NCBI GenBank assembly: GCA_050749765.1
Contig: JBOGRR010000001.1
Location: 1-53,292 of the forward strand
Length of the DNA stretch: 53,292 nt
Reading direction: 5' to 3'
DNA from: Thermoplasmata archaeon
GTDB lineage: Archaea; Thermoplasmatota; Thermoplasmata; Lutacidiplasmatales; UBA184
Both the position numbers and the translations under genes were made by a program. Position 1 is the stretch's first letter. Each line of letters starts with the position of its first letter. This document shows, one piece after another, positions 28,911 to 37,187 of this stretch. The notes under the pieces were generated by a model. It did no database searches, had not been told where the DNA came from, and saw nothing but the letters and a program-made list of their open reading frames with translations.

Positions 28911-29549
28911 TTACTCCATATGACTATGTTTGTCTCCGTACGTCGCTGCTCCGCTACCGACCCCCGCGGGGCCAGGTCTCCCGGTCGGGCCCCCGAGCAA
29001 CTCGCGCTCGGCTTGGCGGACCTCTTCCGAGGATCCGCACGCCCGATAGCGGGCGAGCCGCTCCGCGTTCACGGACAGGAACGCCTTCCCGCCATGAAAG
29101 CCCGCAAGGAGTTCGCTCGCCTCAGCCTCCTCGCCCAGGATCGCGAGCGCCGCCGCGAACGCCTCCACCGTGTTGAGCTGACTCCACCGACCGTAGTGCT
29201 GTGGATTCGTCGCCATCAGGTAGGGCAGGCGGCGTCGGATCCTCGCGGTGCCGGATTCCGAGGTCGGAGCGCGACGCATGCGCTCGCTGAGCCGATTCCA
29301 GGAGCAATCGAGGACGACGAGCCCCGAGTGCAGCGCGGTCGCCCGATCTCCGCCCGAGAGGGCATCGGAGGCGTACGGGTCGAGGTGGAGACCCCGCGCC
29401 TCGTCCGAGCGCCGCGCCGCGCGTGCGAGCCCCTGGGCGAGCAGCCGGCGCCCGGTGCAGGCCTTCGGGTGATCGTCGCCTCGGACGAGCAACCGCAAAC
29501 GGATCGGCCCGGATTCACGGGGGCTGAGCGTAGTCCCGGAAGATCGCAT
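28911..29549 (-). CDS. tsr3: 16S rRNA aminocarboxypropyltransferase Tsr3 (DUF367 family)
   Basis: Motifs VLDCSWNRL and RRLPYLMATNPQHYGRWSQLNTVEAFAAALAILG. The annotated ATG overlaps the aldolase gene by 35 nt, so the true start may be a downstream TTG near 29496-29502. Confidence 0.7.
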   Translation of the reverse strand: MRSSGTTLSPRESGPIRLRLLVRGDDHPKACTGRRLLAQGLARAARRSDEARGLHLDPYASDALSGGDRATALHSGLVVLDCSWNRLSERMRRAPTSESGTARIRRRLPYLMATNPQHYGRWSQLNTVEAFAAALAILGEEAEASELLAGFHGGKAFLSVNAERLARYRACGSSEEVRQAERELLGGPTGRPGPAGVGSGAATYGDKHSHME

Positions 29550-30462
29550 GGAGCTCTCGAGTTAGGACCAGCGCATCCGATCGGGGGCGCTGCCACATGT
29601 TCCGACCGAAGATGACCCCGGTCGCTCCGGCCTCCATCGAGGCCCGTACTTTGTGCAGAAGCTCGGCGTCGGCGATCTTTTCCCCTCCCGAGACGAGCAC
29701 GAGCGCCCGTCCTGCGCTCTCCACGACCTTACGGAACGCGGCGTCGGCGTCGAGGTTGAGTCCGGGGTACGGCGGGGGGGAATCCTGGTCCTTCGCCGAT
29801 CGCACCGGGTAGTTCACCTTCACGACATCCGCCCCGAGCTCGAGGGCGACCCGCGCAGCATAGTCGATCGCGTAGAGGCTCTCCTTGCCGCCCCTCTTCG
29901 CGATCACTTCGCCGCGCGGGTAGGCCCAGACGATGACCGGCATGCCGAAGCGGTCGGCATCGGCGCGAACTGCACGGAACTGAGCAAAGTCCCGCTCCTG
30001 GGCAGGCGACCCGACATAGATCGTGTAGCCGATCGCGTCCGCACCGAGCCGGACGGCGTCCTCGACGGTCGCCGTCAAGGGGCTGAACGCCTCGGTGTCC
30101 GGCGGGATGTTGGTCTTTCCGTTGATCTTGAGAATGAGGGGTACCTCGCCCGCGTACTCGGAAAAGTACTTCTGCGCGAGACCCGCGTGAAGCGCGATCG
30201 CGCTGAATCGACCGTCGCGCGCGAGTTCGAACTGGTAGTTCGGGTCCTGGGATGCGGGATTCGCGAAGAAGTCCGCCGGGCCGTGCTCGAGCCCCTGGTC
30301 GATCGGGAGCACGAGAAGCGTCCCCCCGCCGGGACCGTGCGCGTAGAGCATCCGCTTGAGGCGAGCTCGCTTTCCGAGGGAGAGTCCCATCTCGGACAAT
30401 CGGGGGCGCAGGTGCGCCCGGGGGCTTAGCTTCGCGCTCGGTATCGGGGTCGCTTCGGGCAT
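29515..30462 (-). CDS. class I fructose-bisphosphate aldolase, DhnA/FbaB family
   Basis: 315 aa. LVLPIDQGLEHGP, LKINGKTN and VVKVNYP (Schiff-base Lys region), GGEK...GVIFGRN. Confidence 0.8.
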   Translation of the reverse strand: MPEATPIPSAKLSPRAHLRPRLSEMGLSLGKRARLKRMLYAHGPGGGTLLVLPIDQGLEHGPADFFANPASQDPNYQFELARDGRFSAIALHAGLAQKYFSEYAGEVPLILKINGKTNIPPDTEAFSPLTATVEDAVRLGADAIGYTIYVGSPAQERDFAQFRAVRADADRFGMPVIVWAYPRGEVIAKRGGKESLYAIDYAARVALELGADVVKVNYPVRSAKDQDSPPPYPGLNLDADAAFRKVVESAGRALVLVSGGEKIADAELLHKVRASMEAGATGVIFGRNMWQRPRSDALVLTRELHAIFRDYAQPP

Positions 30463-30542
30463 CGTCTTCGACCTCTCGAGCGGACGGGCCGACGCGATTT
30501 AACGGTTGGTCCAGCCCCGTCGCGCCGGGCGCACTAACCCCG

Positions 30543-30569
30543 CCGGCCCGCATAGATAAGGCGGGCCGG
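30543..30569 (+). promoter_or_regulatory. perfect 9-bp inverted repeat CCGGCCCGC-ATAGATAAG-GCGGGCCGG enclosing a TATA-like box upstream of the CDF transporter gene
   Basis: Read directly from the sequence. The AT-rich spacer is centred about 52 nt upstream of the ATG at 30608. Confidence 0.35.
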
Positions 30570-30607
30570 ACGTATCTCTACGCCGACCGAGGGGCGAGAT
30601 CCGTTCG

Positions 30608-31492
30608 ATGCGACCGCAGGTTGTGATCGTCGCGACGCTCATCCTGAACGCGGTGATGTTCGTCGCGAACCTCGCAGTCGCTCTGCCCGGTGGTAGCCGT
30701 GCCGTCCTCTCCCAGGCGATCTACTCGCTCAGCGACCTCGTGGCGGCGAGCTTACTGCTGTGGGGATTCTTCGCCTCCCAGCGGCGACCGACCCCCGAAC
30801 ATCCGTTCGGCTTCGGAAAGGAGCGCTTTTTCTGGGCATTCATCGCGTCGTTCGTCACGTTCACGATCGCCGGGTTGGCCGTCCTCGTCACCGGGCTCGA
30901 GCGGATCTATGCCCCGGCCCCCGTCGGCGAACTGACCGCGGGGATCGTGGTCCTAGGCCTTTCCCTCGGCGCGAGCGTCGCGGGGATCTCGGTCGCCCTC
31001 TACGAGCTACGGCACTCCAAGCAGACGGTCGCCTCGCTGATCGAGTCCTCTCACCTCGGCGTCAAGACGATCTTCTACCAAGACGTAGTCTCGGTCGCGG
31101 CGAGCGTGGTCGCTTTCGTGGGGATCGCGCTCGTCGCGCTCGCCGGCTGGGAGGTCGCGGACGGGATCGCCGCGTCGGTGGTCGGAGCGTTGCTCATCGC
31201 GACGAGCTTCGTGGTCACCGCGGAGAGCCGCGATCTGCTGATCGGCAAGTCAATCCCTCCGGTGTGGGCGCGAGAGATCCTCGGGTTCATCGAGCGAGAT
31301 CCCCGCATCCGAGGGGTGCGCAGCATGCAATCGATGTTGCTCGGCCCGGACGATGCGCTCCTCGCGCTGCGCGTGAACTTCGTCGACGGCCTCACGACCG
31401 ATAACATCGAGATGGAGATCGACCTACTCGCGGCCGCGTTGCGGGTGCAGTTCCCGCGGATCCGTCACATCATCATTGAGCCGGAGTCGTGA
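30608..31492 (+). CDS. cation diffusion facilitator (CDF) family metal efflux transporter
   Basis: 294 aa. Six TM helices with AIYSLSDLVAASLLLW in TM2 and a C-terminal cytoplasmic domain. Confidence 0.85.
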   Translation: MRPQVVIVATLILNAVMFVANLAVALPGGSRAVLSQAIYSLSDLVAASLLLWGFFASQRRPTPEHPFGFGKERFFWAFIASFVTFTIAGLAVLVTGLERIYAPAPVGELTAGIVVLGLSLGASVAGISVALYELRHSKQTVASLIESSHLGVKTIFYQDVVSVAASVVAFVGIALVALAGWEVADGIAASVVGALLIATSFVVTAESRDLLIGKSIPPVWAREILGFIERDPRIRGVRSMQSMLLGPDDALLALRVNFVDGLTTDNIEMEIDLLAAALRVQFPRIRHIIIEPES

Positions 31493-32717
31493 GCGTGGCG
31501 GTCGCGACCGAGTCGTCCCAGTAGCGGAGTACCGCGAGCACCACAAGCAGCCCCGCCAGCACGGCGAAGAACGCGTCGATCCCCGGGACCCCGAAATTCG
31601 CCCAGAGCTGGGTCGAGGCCAAGAGCCCGATGGTCATCCCGAGCGAGATGCACAGCGTGTAGACCGCCATGGTGGTCGCACGAGAGATCGATCGGGAGAG
31701 CTCGGCGAGGGCGCTCAGTGCCGCCGGGCCGTAGGCGAGCGCACCGACCACGCCGACCGCCACAATCGCGATCAAGAACGGTGGCGCGCCGTAGGAGGCG
31801 ATCAAGATCGCTCCGATCAGCACGACAACGAATCCACCGGTACCGATCATCATGAGCCGGGTCGTCCCGAACCGGTCGGCGAGCGTCCCGAACGCCGGCT
31901 GGGTCAGAGTGAGGAGGAGGCCGCCGATGCCAATCGCGATCCCGAGATAGATCGGCGATATACCGACGCCGTCCGCCGCCGTACCGAGGAAGACGAGCGC
32001 CGTTCCGATCAACGTGTAGATCACGAGCCACGGCGCGACGACGATGACGACCCGCCGCTGAACGATATCGCCGAGCGGGATTCGGCGTGCCCGCACTACC
32101 CTCCCTACCGGAACCTGGCGGCGCCTCAAGTGATAGGCATAGAGGAGCCCGACGAGGAGGGCGAGCGTGCCCACGGGGAATATCCCGGCGAGCCAGGAGT
32201 TCGGCAGGGTTCCGAGCGCGATCAAGCCGGCGGCGTATCCTACGATCCAACCGGCGAGGTTCACCGCGTCGAAGCGGCCCATGTCGTACCCGCGTCGTGC
32301 GCGAGGGGCCTCGTCCGCTACGAGCGCGAGGCTCGCCGCGAGGATCGCGCCGCTGGCGATGCCAAACACAAAGTTGATCGACGCGATCGGGACCGGCGAT
32401 CGCGTGACGGTGAACAGCAGGGTCATCACCGCCGCGACACCCATCCCGATCCCGAGGATTCGCCAGCGCCCGTAGCGGTCGGCGGCGATCCCCGAGAGCA
32501 GCACCGTCGAGAACTCCGCGATCGACGCGGTTGAGCTCACCAGTCCGACCGTGCCGAACTCCCCCGGCGCAAGACCGACCATGTGACCCTCGAGGTAGCT
32601 CGCGAACACGGCGATGCTGATCCCGAATGCGAACCGCACGAGGAACGTGGCCCCGAGCACCGCGGGGAGATCCGCGGGCTCGGTCTCGGGCGGCGCGGTC
32701 GATGGGGTCGCGCTCAC
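31473..32717 (-). CDS. MFS transporter
   Basis: 414 aa with about 12 TM helices. MFS loop motif GIAADRYGRWRIL between TM2 and TM3. Confidence 0.8.
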   Translation of the reverse strand: MSATPSTAPPETEPADLPAVLGATFLVRFAFGISIAVFASYLEGHMVGLAPGEFGTVGLVSSTASIAEFSTVLLSGIAADRYGRWRILGIGMGVAAVMTLLFTVTRSPVPIASINFVFGIASGAILAASLALVADEAPRARRGYDMGRFDAVNLAGWIVGYAAGLIALGTLPNSWLAGIFPVGTLALLVGLLYAYHLRRRQVPVGRVVRARRIPLGDIVQRRVVIVVAPWLVIYTLIGTALVFLGTAADGVGISPIYLGIAIGIGGLLLTLTQPAFGTLADRFGTTRLMMIGTGGFVVVLIGAILIASYGAPPFLIAIVAVGVVGALAYGPAALSALAELSRSISRATTMAVYTLCISLGMTIGLLASTQLWANFGVPGIDAFFAVLAGLLVVLAVLRYWDDSVATATLTTPAQ

Positions 32718-32724
32718 GGGGGTG

Positions 32725-33114
32725 TTAGCTCGGAGGGGCGTCGCGCTGGATGAGCTCGATCCAGACCTCGTTGGGGTCGATCAGGAAGGCGATTCGGCTC
32801 GTGCTGCCCTGCAAACGGTACGGGGGCTTGCCGATCCGCGCTCCTTTCGCACTCGCCCGGGCCATGCTCGCGTCCAGATCGTCGACGTCGAAGGCGATGT
32901 GGTCGAGCTGTTCGCCGACCTCAAAGGAATCTTTGCCGTCCCAATGGGTCAGCTCGATTCGTGCCCCGGTGGACGGGTCGCGCACGAACGCGATCTCGGC
33001 GCCGTTCTCCGCGATGCGTCGGCGGCTCACGAGCTCGAGTTCGAGCACCTCCGTGTAGAACCGAAGGCTCTCGTCGATCGACCGGACGGTGATCGAGGTG
33101 TGCGAGTACCGCAT
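32725..33114 (-). CDS. VOC family protein / glyoxalase I-like
   Basis: 129 aa. N-terminal HTSITVRSIDESLRFYTEVLELEL and a second beta-alpha-beta-beta-beta module with HIAFDVDD. Confidence 0.8.
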   Translation of the reverse strand: MRYSHTSITVRSIDESLRFYTEVLELELVSRRRIAENGAEIAFVRDPSTGARIELTHWDGKDSFEVGEQLDHIAFDVDDLDASMARASAKGARIGKPPYRLQGSTSRIAFLIDPNEVWIELIQRDAPPS

Positions 33115-33159
33115 GGCCGGCCGAGGGAGGTGGGGCCGGCCCTTAATGGTGCGGGCGAC

Positions 33160-34890
33160 TCACGGGTGGCCGAAGACCGCACGCACCGGTTGCTCGCCCT
33201 TCGACCAACCACGGTCGAGTCGAACGAAGCCGACCCGCTCGAATTGAAAGCGCGCCCGTTCCGACGCGGAGGCGATCGACCTCTCGCCGATCCCGGAGAC
33301 GTGAGTCCCATCGTTCCGCAAGAGGTCGACGGGGATCGCCTCGGCGACGCTCACCCACTGAAAGCGAGGCACGCGCTTGTTCTCCCGCGAGGTGAAGATC
33401 GTGGGTACCGCGCTCTCGCCCAGTGGGACGTGCTCCGGCAGTCGGATGTTCGCGAGATCCTTGAGGCGTACTTCTTCGCCGGCGTGTCCGACCAGATCGG
33501 CTCGGGAAAGGAAGAACGAGGGGCCGGTCCCGACGCTGCGCACACCGAGTTCGGGGCGGTCCGGGTGGTTCGCGAGATCGACTCGGTCGATGCCGCCCGG
33601 CCAGCCCGCCACGTCCACGCGCTGGGCGTCGGCGATGAACGAGCGACGTTCCGTCGTCGCATCGATGAGCTGGCGATTTTCGGCGTAGAGCGTCTCGGCC
33701 GGGACCTCGATGTCGGATAGGGAGAGTCCGAAGGAGAGGGTGAACTCTCGCAGTGCGGCCATGGTGATGCCGCGGCGATCGAGCGAGCGCAGCGACCAGG
33801 TGCGCGGGTCATCCCATCCGTCGTAGAGACCGCTCTTCACCTCCGTGTAGGACTTGCTCTTAGAGATCTTCGCCTCCCGCACGCGCAGGAGTCCCCAATG
33901 GATGAAGGGGGGCCCGTGGATCCCGAGCAGCTTCCACAGATGCTCCTGCATTCGATCTTCGATCACGAGGTCCTTCCCTCGAAGGACGTGCGTGATCCCG
34001 AGTTCGATGTCGTCGACCGCCCAGGAGAACTCGAGCATCGGCCACACGCGGTATCGACGGCCAACCCGAGGGTGATCGACGTCGCTCAACCGGAAGAGAA
34101 CTCGGTCCCGGAACGCGGGATCGGGATCTCGAATGTCCGCTCGCAACCGGAGTACCGCGGCGCCCACCGCGTAGGAGCCTCCGAGCATCCTCTCCCACCC
34201 CTCGAGCGTCTCGACGATGGTCTGGGAGCGCTCCGGACACGCGACCCCGCGCGCCCGATTCTCCCGGAGCGTTTCGGCCGGACAGTGGCACACGTAGGCT
34301 CCGGCCGCCTCGATGACTCGCCGGGCCCATGGATAGAACGACGGGATCCGGTCCGATTTGTAGTAGACGGCGTCCGGCTTGACCCCCGCGAGCTCGAGGT
34401 CGCCGAGAATGAGGTCGAAGAGCTCCGGCTCGGATCGTTTCTCTTCCGAGCCGATGGTGTCGTCGAAGACGAAGAGCAGCCGCCCGCGGTACTTTTCGCG
34501 ATAGAACTGGTTCACGTACAGCATCCGCGCGTTGCCGATGTGCAGGGTCCCGCTCGGGAACGGGGCCATCCGCAGGACGACCGATCCCGGGACCGCTCCG
34601 GGGAGCTCGGGCATCTCCGCTCGGGAGGAGCTCGCCGAACTACGGGTCTCGGGTTCGGGGCCACCGAGACGCTCCAGTTCCATGGCCCGCGCCTCCGGGC
34701 TGAGCCCCGCGATCTCGGCGACGAGACGTTCGGCCTCCGCGCGAACTTCGTTCGCGAGCGGGCGAAGCGCGGCATCGGAGCTGAGGATCCTCGCCACGAC
34801 CGGCCCGGGGCGTGGGGCGTCGGCGTGGGCGATCGAGTTCTCGAGCGCCGCCCGACGCATCCGGTCGAGGACTTGCGAAGAGAGTGCCAC
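33160..34890 (-). CDS. gltX: glutamate--tRNA ligase (archaeal type)
   Basis: 576 aa. HIGH motif (PSGTLHIGNAR), KMSKS motif (KISKSKS), archaeal-length C-terminal anticodon-binding region. Confidence 0.92.
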   Translation of the reverse strand: MALSSQVLDRMRRAALENSIAHADAPRPGPVVARILSSDAALRPLANEVRAEAERLVAEIAGLSPEARAMELERLGGPEPETRSSASSSRAEMPELPGAVPGSVVLRMAPFPSGTLHIGNARMLYVNQFYREKYRGRLLFVFDDTIGSEEKRSEPELFDLILGDLELAGVKPDAVYYKSDRIPSFYPWARRVIEAAGAYVCHCPAETLRENRARGVACPERSQTIVETLEGWERMLGGSYAVGAAVLRLRADIRDPDPAFRDRVLFRLSDVDHPRVGRRYRVWPMLEFSWAVDDIELGITHVLRGKDLVIEDRMQEHLWKLLGIHGPPFIHWGLLRVREAKISKSKSYTEVKSGLYDGWDDPRTWSLRSLDRRGITMAALREFTLSFGLSLSDIEVPAETLYAENRQLIDATTERRSFIADAQRVDVAGWPGGIDRVDLANHPDRPELGVRSVGTGPSFFLSRADLVGHAGEEVRLKDLANIRLPEHVPLGESAVPTIFTSRENKRVPRFQWVSVAEAIPVDLLRNDGTHVSGIGERSIASASERARFQFERVGFVRLDRGWSKGEQPVRAVFGHP

Positions 34891-34914
34891 GAGCGAGGCG
34901 GAGCGGAGACTCCG

Positions 34915-35703
34915 TTAAAGGAGTTCGCGCGCAGGGGCCGGTCCCACTCGAACACGAGCCCCCGGGTCGACCGAGGTCGAGAGGGCTTCCGTGAGGGTCA
35001 ACTCTCCCTCGAGGATACGGTGCGCGACCGAGCGCGGGATCGTGATACGTCCCTCGCTTCCGATACGGCTCAGCCGTTGGAGGTTCGAGACCTCCCCTTC
35101 CGTGACGGGGGTGACGAGGGGTTCGCGAACCTCTCGCCCAAGGGTCTCGGCGATCCGTCGTGCCGCGAGCATGTCGCGGGGGCGGCGATGTCCCCGCGGG
35201 GTCGTCCCTCGCTCGTTCACGAGTTCGACGTGCCGCCGATGCGCGAGGAGTCCATTCACGATGCGATTGCGAGAGACCGGGTCTCCGCTGCCGACCCGGA
35301 ACCGGATCGTGCGGGAAGGGAATCGGTGACGAAGATGCTCCGCGAAGCGAACGCTCGCCTCCGGCGTTTCAAGCACTCCCTCGCCGACGACCGAAGTTCC
35401 GGAAAGGACGGAGTACCCCGGGCGAGGTCCGGGATCAATTCCGACGACGATCTCCTTCGAGGACGGTCGAGCGAGGAGGGCCTCTCCGACCGCGGCCCAG
35501 AGCGCGTCGCGATCGCCATCCTCCGGGACGGTCAGGATCCGAGGGTGCGCGAGCTCACGCGCCTCACCCGGCGAGGTGATGACGGCGGCCACTCGGTCCG
35601 GCACCCGCTGCCCAGGGAGCAAACTCACGCACGGGATCCGTCGCTCTCGAAGGGCGCCCGCGATATCGCCGTAGAGCGAGGGGTCGCGAGTGATCAGCGC
35701 CAC
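34915..35703 (-). CDS. hypothetical protein with RNase H-fold (RuvC/YqgF-like) central motif
   Basis: IVVGIDPGPRPGYSVL resembles the first strand/Asp of RuvC/YqgF-type nucleases. The start was moved from ATG 35823 to GTG 35703 so that it does not overlap the divergent promoter and zinc-ribbon gene. The start is uncertain. Confidence 0.4.
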   Translation of the reverse strand: MALITRDPSLYGDIAGALRERRIPCVSLLPGQRVPDRVAAVITSPGEARELAHPRILTVPEDGDRDALWAAVGEALLARPSSKEIVVGIDPGPRPGYSVLSGTSVVGEGVLETPEASVRFAEHLRHRFPSRTIRFRVGSGDPVSRNRIVNGLLAHRRHVELVNERGTTPRGHRRPRDMLAARRIAETLGREVREPLVTPVTEGEVSNLQRLSRIGSEGRITIPRSVAHRILEGELTLTEALSTSVDPGARVRVGPAPARELL

Positions 35704-35764
35704 GCACCGAGGAGCCAATGGGTACCTGGACGGTGATATACGGCATATACCTTGCGTCTCCACC

Positions 35765-36064
35765 GTGACGGTCTGCCTACATTGCGGTGAGCTCGCGGAG
35801 CCGGGCGCGCTGTTCTGCACCAAGTGCGGATGGACGTTGCCACAAGGTCAGGACATGGCGGCGCCCATCGTCCCTCGACCCCCCGTTCGGGCTCCGTCCG
35901 GTGCCTCGCCGGTGACCCCCTACTCCTCCGCCCCTGCGATGCCCGTCGCCCCCTCGCCCCTGGCGGGATTCGCGCTATCGGCCAAGCCCTGCATCCGGTG
36001 TCACACCCCGATCGCCCCCGGCGCCGTCTACTGCCCCGTATGTCAGAGTCCACAGGGGCCGTAA
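35765..36064 (+). CDS. double zinc-ribbon protein with Pro-rich linker
   Basis: Two CxxC-x10-12-CxxC knuckle pairs (CLHCG..CTKCG and CIRCH..CPVCQ). GTG at 35765 lies about 25 nt downstream of the ATATAC-GGC-ATATAC box. The start is uncertain (track start 35690). Confidence 0.5.
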   Translation: MTVCLHCGELAEPGALFCTKCGWTLPQGQDMAAPIVPRPPVRAPSGASPVTPYSSAPAMPVAPSPLAGFALSAKPCIRCHTPIAPGAVYCPVCQSPQGP

Positions 36065-36096
36065 GATCCGGCCGACGCGGTCGGCGGACCGCGGGG

Positions 36097-36486
36097 ATGG
36101 TCCGGATCGCGCGGACGCGGGTGATCGACCTCTTCGGACTCGCCGAGCGCGAGGCGCTCCGCGGGGAGTTCGAGCTCGCCGACCGATACACCCGGCTGGC
36201 CCGCGCGGTCGGGGCGCGCTACAACGTACGTCTGCTGCACGAATTCCGGGACCTCTACTGCCGGGGCTGTTCCTGCTTCTGGGTCGAGGGCCGGACGGTG
36301 CGCACTCGCCTGAGGGCGCGGCGACGAGTACAGACCTGTTTGCGGTGTGGACGCATTCGCCGGACGCTCACTGCGCGACGATCGGCTGGACTCGCGTCTC
36401 CCCCCGTCCGGCGCCGAGTCGGTGAGTCGGCCGACCCGGCCCTCATGAGCTTAGTGTCGCCCCGACGCGGGTCGGAAACGGAATAA
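36097..36486 (+). CDS. rnp4: ribonuclease P protein component 4 (Rpp21/Rnp4)
   Basis: Trimmed from ORF 35824.. to the ATG at 36097. N-terminal helical hairpin (IARTRVIDLFGLAE...LADRYTRLARAVGARYNVRL) and zinc ribbon CRGC...CLRCG. Confidence 0.7.
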   Translation: MVRIARTRVIDLFGLAEREALRGEFELADRYTRLARAVGARYNVRLLHEFRDLYCRGCSCFWVEGRTVRTRLRARRRVQTCLRCGRIRRTLTARRSAGLASPPVRRRVGESADPALMSLVSPRRGSETE

Positions 36487-36510
36487 GCGCCGACCCCTCG
36501 CTGCGTCTGG

Positions 36511-36593
36511 GCCGGGGTGGCCGAGTGGCCAAAGGCGGCAGACTCAAGATCTGCTCTCGCAGGAGTTCCCAGGTTCAAATCCTGGCCCCGGCA
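36511..36593 (+). tRNA. tRNA-Leu (anticodon CAA)
   Basis: Hand-folded 83-nt class II tRNA: acceptor GCCGGGG/CCCCGGC, anticodon arm GCAGA-CTCAAGA-TCTGC, long variable arm, T arm CCAGG-TTCAAAT-CCTGG. CCA is not encoded. Confidence 0.9.
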
Positions 36594-36684
36594 GCTGAAC
36601 CTTCGATAACGGCTCACTGCGGGGTCGCGTCGGTCCAGCACCGTCAGCGACTTCCAGATCTCGGCAATCCGGGACAGCCGTTTT

Positions 36685-36954
36685 CTAGATCCCGTAGGCT
36701 TCGTCGTGGTGAGCGAGCCGGAGGAGGCGCACCACTTGCTGCCCGAGCATCGGCTCGAACAGGAGCACATACGAGCCACCCACGTGAACTCGCCACACTC
36801 CTTGAAGGGGAGCGCGAAGGGGCTTGTAATGAAGAGGATTCTCGAGCAGCTGGGTTACTTTAGTGTCGACCGCGTGTCTCAACGCAGCGTTCCGAGCGCA
36901 ATGCTTCCGGTAATCCCGCTCGAACTCGGGCGACACCTCCAGGTCCCAGGTCAC
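36685..36954 (-). CDS. RelE/ParE-family type II toxin
   Basis: 89 aa. Typical pattern LLENPLHYKPLRAPLQGVWRVHVGGSYVLLFE...VVRLLRLAHHDEAY. ATG overlaps the upstream antitoxin stop (ATGA). Confidence 0.75.
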   Translation of the reverse strand: MTWDLEVSPEFERDYRKHCARNAALRHAVDTKVTQLLENPLHYKPLRAPLQGVWRVHVGGSYVLLFEPMLGQQVVRLLRLAHHDEAYGI

Positions 36955-37187
36955 CGCGAATCACCCAGGGCTTGGTCCAATGATCGAATCTTCCGGAACT
37001 TACCCTCCCGGATGCGTTGCAGATCCCTGGCGAAATCGGGTCGCAGAGCAGGATCTAGAATCTCGTTCTCATAGGCTTCGACGATGCTCTCGAGGGCCTC
37101 GGACTTACCCTTGAGTCCGTCCCGAGCCTTCACTACATTGACGATGCGATTTGCATGCTCCGACAGCTCCACGACCGCCTTCGGCAT
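36951..37187 (-). CDS. putative antitoxin (small archaeal family commonly paired with RelE-like toxins)
   Basis: 78 aa, upstream of and overlapping the toxin gene. Strong TATA box (GTTTATATC on the minus strand, 37216-37224) about 33 nt upstream. Confidence 0.6.
   Translation of the reverse strand: MPKAVVELSEHANRIVNVVKARDGLKGKSEALESIVEAYENEILDPALRPDFARDLQRIREGKFRKIRSLDQALGDSR

Noticed and set aside
33898-35736. 612-aa plus-strand ORF across gltX and the following gene
   Set aside because: It is antisense to a clear GluRS (HIGH/KMSKS motifs). The sequence is Arg/Gly/Pro/Asp-rich and low in information. Shadow ORF.
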